Part shown: positions 18,232-27,241 of the stretch, piece after piece | Numbering within the stretch: the stretch's first letter is position 1 | How the letters are laid out: each line of letters begins with the position of its first letter | Source of the DNA: an uncultured Thermodesulfobacteriota bacterium | Lineage (GTDB): Bacteria; Desulfobacterota; WTBG01; CAIYCZ01; CAIRTM01 | Direction of reading: 5' to 3' | Length of the DNA stretch: 51,700 nt | Assembly (NCBI GenBank): GCA_964400575.1 | Contig: CAYNVA010000379.1 | Span: forward strand, 1 to 51,700 | Position numbers and translations under genes: made by a program | The notes under the pieces: model-generated | The model's input: only the letters and a program-made list of their open reading frames with translations | Told to the model about the DNA's origin: nothing | Database searches by the model: none

Positions 18232-19023
18232 ATGGGAATTTTTTTCGTCTGCAGTGCAGCTTTCTTATGTTTGCTCCTCCTCGCGGCCATTTTATATGTG
18301 CGTACAGTACGGTCAGCGGCACAGTCCCTGTACGAACGTTACAACCGTTATGCGCGGCAGGTATTCTCAGAACACTTTGTTTTGCAGCCGGACCGGGTCA
18401 GGCCGGAATACCGCACGCTTCATCCGTGGAAAGCCCTCAAGCTGATTAGGATTGCCGTTGAACCCTGTCGCTCAGACAGATTCAGAAGAATCGGCATTGT
18501 CGATGCTACCCTGGGGTTTGCGGGAAAGATGTTTACTCTGTGTATCCAGCCTGACTACGGCTATAATCTGCCGGTCTTTGATCTTGAGGTTATCATTATG
18601 GGAAGCAGGCGGATTTTTGTCATCGAGTTTATTGATGCTGCCGGTGTATCCGACGATTATAAAGACCTGTGCTACGGCCGGATGAGGGCATTGAAGCTCC
18701 GGAGCCCAAAGCTTCAGGAGTTGCCCGTGACCCGGTGGTACCGGGATGTAGTTCCGGATTTCAGCATCCATGCCCGGGCACACTCCGATCAGGATGAGGA
18801 GCTTTTTACCCTCTTTCAGCACTATCTTGATGCCTATGTGGATATGGCGAAGCATGCCCCGCCAGCAAGCCAAGAAGTCCGGGCTCAGCTGCGCAGGGGC
18901 ATGGTGTGGTATACCGATACGCTTATAGAAAAAGGCGGCCCTGCCACAGATGTTTTCAAAATGCTTTTAGGAACGGAAGGAATGAAAGAGTATGTCAGAA
19001 CGGTCATGTTTTCCATTGACTGA
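18232..19023 (+). CDS. membrane-anchored hypothetical protein, possibly ferredoxin-dependent bilin reductase-like
   Basis: N-terminal TM helix. YNLPVFDLEVIIMG...FIDAAGV and the C-terminal LLGTEGMKEYVRTVMF resemble, from memory, the PiFGxDxV...DLxP and FGxEWxExYxxxxxF motifs of FDBRs. AAAGGA lies upstream of the ATG. Confidence 0.4.
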   Translation: MGIFFVCSAAFLCLLLLAAILYVRTVRSAAQSLYERYNRYARQVFSEHFVLQPDRVRPEYRTLHPWKALKLIRIAVEPCRSDRFRRIGIVDATLGFAGKMFTLCIQPDYGYNLPVFDLEVIIMGSRRIFVIEFIDAAGVSDDYKDLCYGRMRALKLRSPKLQELPVTRWYRDVVPDFSIHARAHSDQDEELFTLFQHYLDAYVDMAKHAPPASQEVRAQLRRGMVWYTDTLIEKGGPATDVFKMLLGTEGMKEYVRTVMFSID

Positions 19024-19193
19024 ACCGGCTCTGATCATCCTGCTGCCTGGGGGGGTTCAGGCATGGCAGGCCGCAACTTCAGGCATCCTCCAAAATCAAA
19101 ATAATCAGGCAACACCCCCCTTGCCCCTAATTTTCCAATACCTCAAACAGCTGATGATCGGGTAATTTTTTTCCGATTGTGCCCGACCCCGGA

Positions 19194-19222
19194 TTGACGC
19201 CCGCCGACGCGACTGGTAGAAT
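19194..19222 (+). promoter_or_regulatory. sigma70-type promoter
   Basis: TTGACG (19194-99), 17 nt spacer, TAGAAT (19217-22). It ends 26 nt upstream of ATG 19249. Confidence 0.55.
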
Positions 19223-19248
19223 GACCGCATTTTAAAGAGTAGAAAAAA

Positions 19249-20211
19249 ATGCCCGGGTATCAAAAACTCCTGCAAACAGGCGAGCTTGACCGGCGCGCTG
19301 AAGCGCTCACGGCGCTTGCCGCTGCCTGCAGGCTCTGCCCGTGGCGCTGCGGCATTAACAGGCTCAGGGGCGAAAGGGGCCGCTGCAAAGCCGGTCCTTC
19401 GGTGCGTGTTGCAAAGGCCCTTGCCCATTTCGGGGAGGAGCCCGTCATAACAGGCTCTCGTGGCTCAGGCACTGTTTTTTTTGCGCACTGCAACCTCCTG
19501 TGCTGCTTCTGCCAGAACTGGCAGATCAGCCACGAGGGGCTGGGCACGGACATGACCGTTGAGCAGCTTGCAGCCCTCATGTACATGCTTCAGCAGCAGG
19601 GCTGCCACAACATAAATCTTGTGTCAGCCGCGCATTTCATGCCCTGGGTCGTGCAGGCCCTTGGCCTGGCAGCGGCCCGGGGGCTGACGCTTCCGGTTGT
19701 GTACAACTCAAACGGGTATGAAGATGTTGAGATGCTCGGGCTTCTGGATGGCATAGTGGATATCTATCTGCCCGATGCCAAATACGGGGATGACGGCTGC
19801 GCTGAAAAATATTCGGCAGCCCGCAGCTATCATGAGGTTAATTTTGCAGCCCTTGACGAGATGTTCCGGCAGGCGGGCTACCTCGAGCTGGATGACGCGG
19901 GAATCGCCCGCAAAGGGCTTATCGTGCGGCACCTCGTGCTGCCCGCCGCTCTGGCAGAAACCGAGGCCATACTGCGCAGGCTCAAACACCATTTCGGCCG
20001 CTATCTCAGCATAAGCCTTATGGGCCAGTACCGGCCCTGCTACCGGGCCGATTGCTTCACGGAGCTTCAGGCGCAGACCCCGCCGCAGGAGTATGCCGCA
20101 GCTGTTGCCATGTTTGAAGAGCTTGGTTTTGAAAACGGCTGGACGCAGCAGCACGACGGGCTTGACGGCAGCTTCGTGCCCGATTTCAGAAAGAAGGATT
20201 CATGGCGTTGA
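19249..20211 (+). CDS. radical SAM protein, PflX-like (pyruvate formate-lyase activase homolog)
   Basis: N-terminal CRLCPWRCGINR..G..G.C motif plus the CNLLCCFCQN radical SAM cluster. Confidence 0.75.
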   Translation: MPGYQKLLQTGELDRRAEALTALAAACRLCPWRCGINRLRGERGRCKAGPSVRVAKALAHFGEEPVITGSRGSGTVFFAHCNLLCCFCQNWQISHEGLGTDMTVEQLAALMYMLQQQGCHNINLVSAAHFMPWVVQALGLAAARGLTLPVVYNSNGYEDVEMLGLLDGIVDIYLPDAKYGDDGCAEKYSAARSYHEVNFAALDEMFRQAGYLELDDAGIARKGLIVRHLVLPAALAETEAILRRLKHHFGRYLSISLMGQYRPCYRADCFTELQAQTPPQEYAAAVAMFEELGFENGWTQQHDGLDGSFVPDFRKKDSWR

Positions 20212-20287
20212 ATTGGTAACCGCTCAGATACGGCAGAGCTCAAAAAATACGGCTATTTTCTCAGTGCTTCTGTGGTAAAGGATTGCC

Positions 20288-21607
20288 ATGCAAAAAATAT
20301 TTCTCTTAAGTCTTGGCTGCGCCAAAAATCTCGTGGACAGTGAAGTGATGCTGGGCGTGCTTGACCGCGCAGGATTTGCCCTGACAGCGGACCGGGATGC
20401 AGCCGAGATCATTATTGTCAATACCTGCGCCTTCATCGAGGACTCCACCCGTGAGGCAATCAGCACCATCCTTGATGTTGCCCGGTGCAAGCAGACCGGC
20501 TGCTGCCGCCATCTGGTCGTCTGCGGCTGCCTGCCCCAGCGCTACAAAGACGGGCTGCCTGCGGAGCTGCCCGAGGTTGATCTGTTTCTGGGCACCGGCG
20601 AATTTGACCGCATCGATAAACACCTGCACAGGCTCATTGCAGGCAGGCAGACGCCGCGCCTGTACAGCAGCCGCCCAACGCTGCTCATGGGCGCCGCAAC
20701 GCCCCGCGCAGTATCAACGCCTGCGGGCAGCGCCTATCTGAAAATTGCCGAAGGCTGCTCGCATCGCTGCACGTACTGCACCATACCCCTGATACGCGGG
20801 CCGTACCGGGCCCGGTCGCAGCGCTCCATCCTTCAGGAGGCACAGTATCTGGCAGGCCAGGGTGTTAAAGAAATAAATCTCATCGCGCAGGACACGACGC
20901 GCTACGATGATCTTGCGGGCCTGCTGCGCCGGCTTGCCCGCATCAACGGCATAGCCTGGCTGCGGCTCCTGTACGGGCATCCTGCAAGCCTGAACCCCGA
21001 GGTGCTGGCCGTAATGGCCGGTGAGGAGAAAATATGCCGCTATCTTGACCTGCCGCTGCAGCATATCGCCGATCCGGTACTCAAGCGCATGGGCCGGAAA
21101 GTGACCCGCACGCAGACCGAAAAGCTTCTTGCGTGCATGCGCGGCCTTGTGCCTGATATCGCGCTGCGAACGACTTTCATCGTGGGGTTTCCAGGCGAGA
21201 CGAATGCAGATTTCGAGCAGCTTATGGAGTTTGCGGGGCAGGCCCGCTTTGACCACCTTGGCGCGTTCATGTACAGCGATGAGGACGGCACGCCTGCAGC
21301 CCGGCTCCCGCACAAAGTGCCTGAGGCGGTAAAGCGCCAACGCCGCCACCGCCTCATGAGCTTGCAGCGGCTCATATCGCGGGAAAAGCTTGCGGCCTGC
21401 AAGGGAAAAGAGCTTGCCGTGCTGGTTGAAGGCCCCGCAGCAAACAGCCGGTATGCTGTGCAGGCGCGCACCGGGTTTCAGGCGCCCGAGGTCGATGGCG
21501 TGGTGCTGCTGCAGGAGCCGCTCCCGGCAGGCTCCATGGCGCGGGTAAAAATAACACGGGCCCTCACCTATGATTTAGCAGGCAAAACCGTTTGCCATGA
21601 TGCGTGA
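20288..21607 (+). CDS. rimO: ribosomal protein S12 methylthiotransferase
   Basis: UPF0004 N-terminal domain (LGCAKNLVDSE), CSHRCTYC radical SAM motif and a C-terminal TRAM domain, about 440 aa. Confidence 0.8.
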   Translation: MQKIFLLSLGCAKNLVDSEVMLGVLDRAGFALTADRDAAEIIIVNTCAFIEDSTREAISTILDVARCKQTGCCRHLVVCGCLPQRYKDGLPAELPEVDLFLGTGEFDRIDKHLHRLIAGRQTPRLYSSRPTLLMGAATPRAVSTPAGSAYLKIAEGCSHRCTYCTIPLIRGPYRARSQRSILQEAQYLAGQGVKEINLIAQDTTRYDDLAGLLRRLARINGIAWLRLLYGHPASLNPEVLAVMAGEEKICRYLDLPLQHIADPVLKRMGRKVTRTQTEKLLACMRGLVPDIALRTTFIVGFPGETNADFEQLMEFAGQARFDHLGAFMYSDEDGTPAARLPHKVPEAVKRQRRHRLMSLQRLISREKLAACKGKELAVLVEGPAANSRYAVQARTGFQAPEVDGVVLLQEPLPAGSMARVKITRALTYDLAGKTVCHDA

Positions 21608-21661
21608 ATATGCTAGTATGCACGCTTGTTTAAAAAGCACTGCATAAAAAGGAGCAGCCTC

Positions 21662-23359
21662 GTGTCAGCACCACCAAAGACAATTATTATCGGCCTTGAC
21701 GGCGGCACATTCACCGTTCTGAAGCCCCTTATGGACAAGGGCTTATTGCCCACCCTGAAGAAAATTGCCGACAACGGCGTGTGGGGAGAGCTTGAAAGCA
21801 CCATACCGCCGCTCACCGGGCCGGCCTGGGCCAGTTTCCAGACAGGTGTTAACCCCGGCCGCCACGGCCTGTACGATTTTGTGGTCATGGACTCCCGCAC
21901 GGGCAAGGAGTCGCCCATCAATCACAGCCTCATCAGTGGCCGCTCGTTCTGGCAGTACGCAAGCGATGCGGGTAGAACCTGCCTGATTCTGAATGTTCCG
22001 GTCACCTATCCGCCCACACCGGTCAAGGGAGCGCTCATCACGGACTTTCTCACGCCGTCGGGCAAACGCAACTTCATGCAGCCCCTTGACCTTGTGGAGG
22101 AAATCGAGAAAAAATTCGGCCCCTATCCGCTCAATATGCATGTGCCGGCATTTGCGCCCAACCTCTCGGACGCCAATACCGAGGAGTTTCTCAAGGAGCT
22201 CAACGAGGTGATGGCCTACAAGTTCAATGTTGCCCACTATCTGCAGGACAAGTACGACTCAGACCTCATGGTGCTGCATGTATATGAGACCGACCGGCTG
22301 CAGCATGAACTGTGGCATTATTTTAACCGGGACCACCGGCAGTTCACGAAAGAAAAAAACGACGCATTCTACGACAAAATCATTCTGTTCTATCAGCATG
22401 TCGACAGCCAGATTGCACGCCTCATCGACCATATTGGCCATGACAGCAATGTAATCATCATATCGGATCACGGCTTCGGGCCGTCAAACTGGCTTGTTGA
22501 CATCAATGCCGTTTTCCTGAAAGCCGGGCTCATCACCATCAAAAAAAACATGCTCTCGCAGCTTCGGTACCTGCTCTGGAAATGCGGCATAACATTTGAG
22601 CTTGCCTTCCGCCTGTTCGTCAAGCCCGCACTCAGATATTTCTGGAAGTTTTATAAAGACACGGCCTATGACGATTTTCTGCAGTTCATCACCAAGGGGT
22701 CCATGAAGGCGCTTCTCAGTGAGTCCGACATCGACTGGAAGCGCACCAAGGCCGTGGGCAAATACTTCAACGGCGCCATCTTCGTCAATCGCAAAGGCGT
22801 GCTGCCCCAGGGGTGGCTTGAGAATGAGCAGGAAATAGCGGCTGTGCGGCGCGAGATAGAGACCATTCTGGCGGGGCTGCGCAACCCCGCAACCGGCGAG
22901 CTGGTGGGCGGCAGGCTCATCCCCCAGCAGCAGGCTTTTTCTGGTGAATTTGCACACCTCTGTCCCGACTTCACCTATCTTCCCAATGACAATGGCTACC
23001 GCGCCGGCACCATGATGGGCTTCTGTTCCAACAAGAGCGTCGCGACAAATTTCATCCAGCCGGGCAACCATACGCTCATGGGCATACTGATGGCCTGCGG
23101 CCCGGCGTTCGCCACAGGCAAAAAAGTTGCCGGCGCCCGGTTCATGGACATCGGCCCGACGACCCTGCACGTGATGGGCCACAAGGTGCCCGGCGGGCTT
23201 GACGGCAGGGTGCTCACGGAGTTGTTCTCGGACGGGTTTGCCGCATCCCGGCCGGTTCAATACCTGGAAACCCGTGCGAGCAGCAGGCAGGACAATACCT
23301 ACTCCGAGGACGACCAGCAGAATGTCGTGGAAAAGCTTAAGGGGCTTGGGTATTTATGA
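21662..23359 (+). CDS. alkaline phosphatase / nucleotide pyrophosphatase-phosphodiesterase family protein
   Basis: GTG 21662 lies 7 nt after AAGGAG (21649-54). Motifs: IIIGLDGGTF, TIPPLTGPAW, IIISDHGF metal-site motifs. Confidence 0.7.
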   Translation: MSAPPKTIIIGLDGGTFTVLKPLMDKGLLPTLKKIADNGVWGELESTIPPLTGPAWASFQTGVNPGRHGLYDFVVMDSRTGKESPINHSLISGRSFWQYASDAGRTCLILNVPVTYPPTPVKGALITDFLTPSGKRNFMQPLDLVEEIEKKFGPYPLNMHVPAFAPNLSDANTEEFLKELNEVMAYKFNVAHYLQDKYDSDLMVLHVYETDRLQHELWHYFNRDHRQFTKEKNDAFYDKIILFYQHVDSQIARLIDHIGHDSNVIIISDHGFGPSNWLVDINAVFLKAGLITIKKNMLSQLRYLLWKCGITFELAFRLFVKPALRYFWKFYKDTAYDDFLQFITKGSMKALLSESDIDWKRTKAVGKYFNGAIFVNRKGVLPQGWLENEQEIAAVRREIETILAGLRNPATGELVGGRLIPQQQAFSGEFAHLCPDFTYLPNDNGYRAGTMMGFCSNKSVATNFIQPGNHTLMGILMACGPAFATGKKVAGARFMDIGPTTLHVMGHKVPGGLDGRVLTELFSDGFAASRPVQYLETRASSRQDNTYSEDDQQNVVEKLKGLGYL

Positions 23360-23509
23360 TTATTGGTAGCGACTCAGGTATCGAGGGTTCAGAAGTCAAA
23401 ATTGTTTATTGTTCCTTGTTGATCGTTGATCGTTGATTGTTAACGATAAACGATAAATAATTTTAAACTTTGAACCTTGAACAGTTGCGATTATTGAAAG
23501 GATGCAGGC

Positions 23510-23989
23510 ATGCAGGCAAAAACAGTTAAGGAAAGCTCGGTTGTCACCTCCATCGTCATGATGCCCGAAGACGCCAATCCGGCGGGCAATGTGCATGGCG
23601 GCGTTATTATGAAAAATGTGGATACCACGGCCGGCGTTGCGGCCTTCCGGCATACGCGGTGCAATTCGGTGACAGCCTCCATCGACCGGCTGATATTTCT
23701 TTATCCCGTGTTTGTGGGCGACCTGCTCACCCTCAGGGCAAGCCTCAATATGGCCGGCCGGACATCCATGGAAATCGGCGTGCGCGTTGAAGCCGAAAAT
23801 CTGCTCAGCGGCGAGGTGCGGCACACGGCATCGGCCTACCTCACCTTTGTAGCCCTTGATAAAAGCGGTCGGCCAACCGAAATTCCATCCCTCATTCTTG
23901 AAACCGATGAGGAGAAGCGCCGCAACCGGCAGGCCCTTGCCCGGCGAGCAACACGGCTTGCCGAACGCGACCGCGAGGCAAAGCACTGA
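23510..23989 (+). CDS. acyl-CoA thioesterase (hotdog fold, YciA-like)
   Basis: MPEDANPAGNVHGGVIMK motif, 159 aa. Confidence 0.8.
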   Translation: MQAKTVKESSVVTSIVMMPEDANPAGNVHGGVIMKNVDTTAGVAAFRHTRCNSVTASIDRLIFLYPVFVGDLLTLRASLNMAGRTSMEIGVRVEAENLLSGEVRHTASAYLTFVALDKSGRPTEIPSLILETDEEKRRNRQALARRATRLAERDREAKH

Positions 23990-24061
23990 TGCGGGCACAC
24001 AGGGCGCAGCCTTGCGTCCCTCCCCGCCAGCGGCATGACCGCACGCATGCCTATGCAGAGG
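23967..24061 (+). repeat. direct repeat A (thioesterase 3' end plus downstream sequence)
   Basis: Aligns by eye with 25347-25441: gcgaccgcgaggcaaag...ctgatgcgggcacac...ccctccccgccagcggcatgaccg. Confidence 0.8.
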
Positions 24062-24097
24062 CTGAGTACGGTGCCCCATAAACAAGGGAGCACTCCA

Positions 24098-25249
24098 TCA
24101 TGATGGAAACTCGCCCGGTTTCAGTTGAAGCAGGAACTCCTCGCAGGGCACGCACAGGATACCCTCACGCAAAAGTCGCTCCTTCCCACGATACAGCAGC
24201 CAGCGGCGGCTTTCCGGGAAGTCTTCGCCGAAGTTTTTAAGTCCGCGCAGATGCTCCTGCCGCACCTGGTCGGAGTTCTTCACTTCCAGCGCGTGTAAGC
24301 CGCCCTCTCCATAGACCACGAAATCCACCTCCACTTTCGAACGTGTCTGCCAGTAATACAATTGATAATTGCCGCCAGAATACTCACACCACGCCCGAAG
24401 GTGTTGGGCAACCAGACTCTCCAGCGCAGCGCCATCGATCTCCGACGGAGCATCCAGTGGGCCGGACGGACGGTTGGCGCGGAAAACGCCGGCATCAAAA
24501 AAGAAAAACTTCGGATGCGCTGCCAGTTCGCGCTGCGCCCGCCGGGTGAAAACCGGCGCCCGAAAAGCCAGCAAAAGATCCTCGAGTATTTCCAGATAGC
24601 CCTCCACCGTCTTGCGGTTTACGTGGCACTCCCGGGCAACGTTGGCCAGGTTGAGCACGGCCCCCTGCGAAAAGCTGATGGCTTCAAGGAAACGGGAAAA
24701 GTTTCCGATATTGCGCACCAACCCTTCCATCTGCACTTCTTCCCGCAAATAGAGACCGCTATATGCGCGCAGGATTTCCTCGGGCGCCTTGCCCCCACGC
24801 ACGATCGGCAGCATGCCGAGGCGCAATGCCTCCTCCAGGTTGAATTGTGGGCCGAGTTCGGCGGCCATGAAGGGATACAGCGTCTTTTGCGCTGCCCGCC
24901 CGCCTAAAAGATTCACACCGCCGCGGCGAAGCTTGCGGGCGCTTGAGCCAGTGAATATAAATTGCACACCCCGCTTTTCCTCGATCATCAGATGGACGAC
25001 TTCCAGCAACACCGGCAGCTTTTGCACTTCATCGACGACCACTTGCAGGACGTCAGGCCGGGCCCCGATCAACTCCCGCAGACGCTCGGGTCGTGCAGAT
25101 AGCGATCGTAGCGTTTCCGGCTCCAGCAGATCTACCCGGAGCGCCTGTGGAAAAAGCCTCTGGGTTAACCAGGTCTTGCCTGTGCCGCGCGGACCCAACA
25201 GGAAGAAGTGGTCAGCAGGAGGTGTGAAAAATCGTGGTATTGATTCCAT
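24098..25249 (-). CDS. AAA family ATPase (COG1373 / DUF4143-type)
   Basis: The internal ATG 25249 gives MESIPRFF..LLGPRGTGKTW (Walker A) and VVDEVQ (Walker B). The upstream part of the listed ORF runs through the duplicated repeat and is probably not coding. Confidence 0.75.
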   Translation of the reverse strand: MESIPRFFTPPADHFFLLGPRGTGKTWLTQRLFPQALRVDLLEPETLRSLSARPERLRELIGARPDVLQVVVDEVQKLPVLLEVVHLMIEEKRGVQFIFTGSSARKLRRGGVNLLGGRAAQKTLYPFMAAELGPQFNLEEALRLGMLPIVRGGKAPEEILRAYSGLYLREEVQMEGLVRNIGNFSRFLEAISFSQGAVLNLANVARECHVNRKTVEGYLEILEDLLLAFRAPVFTRRAQRELAAHPKFFFFDAGVFRANRPSGPLDAPSEIDGAALESLVAQHLRAWCEYSGGNYQLYYWQTRSKVEVDFVVYGEGGLHALEVKNSDQVRQEHLRGLKNFGEDFPESRRWLLYRGKERLLREGILCVPCEEFLLQLKPGEFPS

Positions 25250-25346
25250 TTTGCGCCTCAAAATAGCATAAGCGGTGCTATTTTTATAGGATATTTTTCC
25301 AAAGTTGGCAACTGAAAAATTAGCAATTATGAATCTTCGTTTTTTG

Positions 25347-25441
25347 GCGACCGCGAGGCAAAGAAGTACTGATGCGGGCACACGGAGCGAAGCCTTTCGG
25401 CCCTCCCCGCCAGCGGCATGACCGTGCGCATGATACAGGGG
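25347..25441 (+). repeat. direct repeat B (diverged second copy of the thioesterase 3' end)
   Basis: See 23967-24061. It retains an in-frame ...DREAKKY-stop. Confidence 0.8.
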
Positions 25442-25783
25442 CAATATTGGAGAAGCCAAAACCGAGTTCAATATTATCACGTAATGTGGACTTTTTTCCG
25501 ATTTACTTCTACCACCATATATAGAAACTTCTGAGCCATTCTTGTGCTAATAGTGATAGTTGGCTCATCTGCCATATGCCCCCATGTAACACCCTTCATC
25601 TTGAGCTGAACTAATTTCAAGTCATTACACTTACAGCAAATTCAGATAAATTCAGGCCAAAAATCAGAGTTTCCCTGATTGAATAAAATTAAGGATGGGT
25701 CTACATTAATACATAGTGAGGGCTGTTTTAATATTAGTTATAGGTGCAGGAGCAGCATCTTTGCATAGAAGGGGGGATACTCA

Positions 25784-26890
25784 ATGGCCTCTATAAAGAA
25801 AATGCCAAAGAAAATATTAGAGTTGTCTGTTCTCTGTTTTTCACTACTTTTGGTTGTGGCGGTACCAGCATATACTGTTGAATATGAATACACCGAACTG
25901 CTGCCGCCGGGTTGGAATAAGGTAATAATTACTGGCATTAATGATGATGGAGTAGTGGTCGGTTTTGGTGATATTGGAACGGGTGCCGAGGTCTTAGACC
26001 AAAGGGGATTTATTTATAACAATGGCAAATACACTGAGTTGCTGCCGCCGGGCTGGGCTAATGCAAAGGCTATGGGTATCAATAACCGTAATGAGGTGGT
26101 TGGTCAGGGATTTTTGAGTAATAATTACGTGTTGGATAGTCCAGACGATTACCGTGGATTCATCTATAAGGACGGAATATACACGGAGGTATATCCGCCT
26201 TGGCCTGATCTTGGTTTAGTTTCCATTCTTGGGATCACTGACAACGGGGAGGTGGTTGGTACTATGACGGCATGGTCCCCCCAACCTCTTTTTTATGATC
26301 GAGGGTTCATCTACTGGCAAGGTGAGTACAGGGGTTTTATTAGAAAACCCATATGGATGATCGGATCGCCAGATTTTAAAAGCATCAATAACAACTGTGC
26401 GGTAGTGGGGGAGGGGCAGATTTTTTTCTGGCCTTATTCTCCTTTAAATACACGTTGGGGATTTATTTACCGTGGAGGTATATACACTTGGTTGCTGCCA
26501 CCAGGCCGCTGGTATTCAATTGCTTATGGCATAAATGATCAAGGGGCAGTAGTAGGTAGTGCAGGTAACCCATACTCAGGTAAAGTCACTAAAGGGTTTA
26601 TTTACCAATATGGTATATACATTTGGGTATTGCCCCCCGGATGGATCTCCGCCGAGGCGTATGCTATCAATAACAACGGGGCAGTGGTAGGTAGGGGCCT
26701 AGATGGTACTGGTATAATTAAGTTATTCGTTTACAGCAATGGTACATACACCGAGTTGCTGCCGCCGTGTGTAGGTGTGGGGTATCTACAACACAGTGCT
26801 ATCAACAACAACGGGGCAGTGGTATTCTCGACGGATGACCCGTACGATAATTGCACAACAGCATTCATTGCTGTACCAAAAAGTAATTGA
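25784..26890 (+). CDS. secreted repeat protein (HAF-type extracellular repeat-like, probable beta-propeller)
   Basis: Signal peptide, then about 8 repeats of GFIYxxGxYTxLLPPGWxxAxAxGINNxGxVVG. The gene looks AT-rich. Confidence 0.6.
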   Translation: MASIKKMPKKILELSVLCFSLLLVVAVPAYTVEYEYTELLPPGWNKVIITGINDDGVVVGFGDIGTGAEVLDQRGFIYNNGKYTELLPPGWANAKAMGINNRNEVVGQGFLSNNYVLDSPDDYRGFIYKDGIYTEVYPPWPDLGLVSILGITDNGEVVGTMTAWSPQPLFYDRGFIYWQGEYRGFIRKPIWMIGSPDFKSINNNCAVVGEGQIFFWPYSPLNTRWGFIYRGGIYTWLLPPGRWYSIAYGINDQGAVVGSAGNPYSGKVTKGFIYQYGIYIWVLPPGWISAEAYAINNNGAVVGRGLDGTGIIKLFVYSNGTYTELLPPCVGVGYLQHSAINNNGAVVFSTDDPYDNCTTAFIAVPKSN

Positions 26891-27241
26891 TTCAGATGGA
26901 TATGGTACAGGGAAGATACAAGTGATAGCTCCAACCATTAAAGTGCAATCCCTAAACGCATAATGATCAAGGATAACTACCGGTTTGCCGTCTATGGTAG
27001 CTGAAATTATACATAGTGGATGAATGTTCGTAGTAATAAGTCCTGAAAACTGACGAGCCAAGCGAACATGGCGGGACGAGGTATAAAAACGGATTATCTG
27101 CAATTGTCCGAAGGGCAAGAAGTGTCACAACATCTTGTGCCTGTGCCTGCCTACCTAAAACTCCACATTACGGCTCTCTACACGTAACAAAATGATAATT
27201 GACAAGCAGAGGTAAGGTGTCATTATCCATCTGATTTTTCT

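Noticed and set aside
26891-27118. Minus-strand ORF 26786..27118, whose non-overlapping part vaguely recalls RelE/YoeB-type toxin C-termini (...DGKPVVILDHY).
   Set aside because: The resemblance is too weak. The ORF overlaps the HAF gene end, and I saw no partner ORF or RBS.
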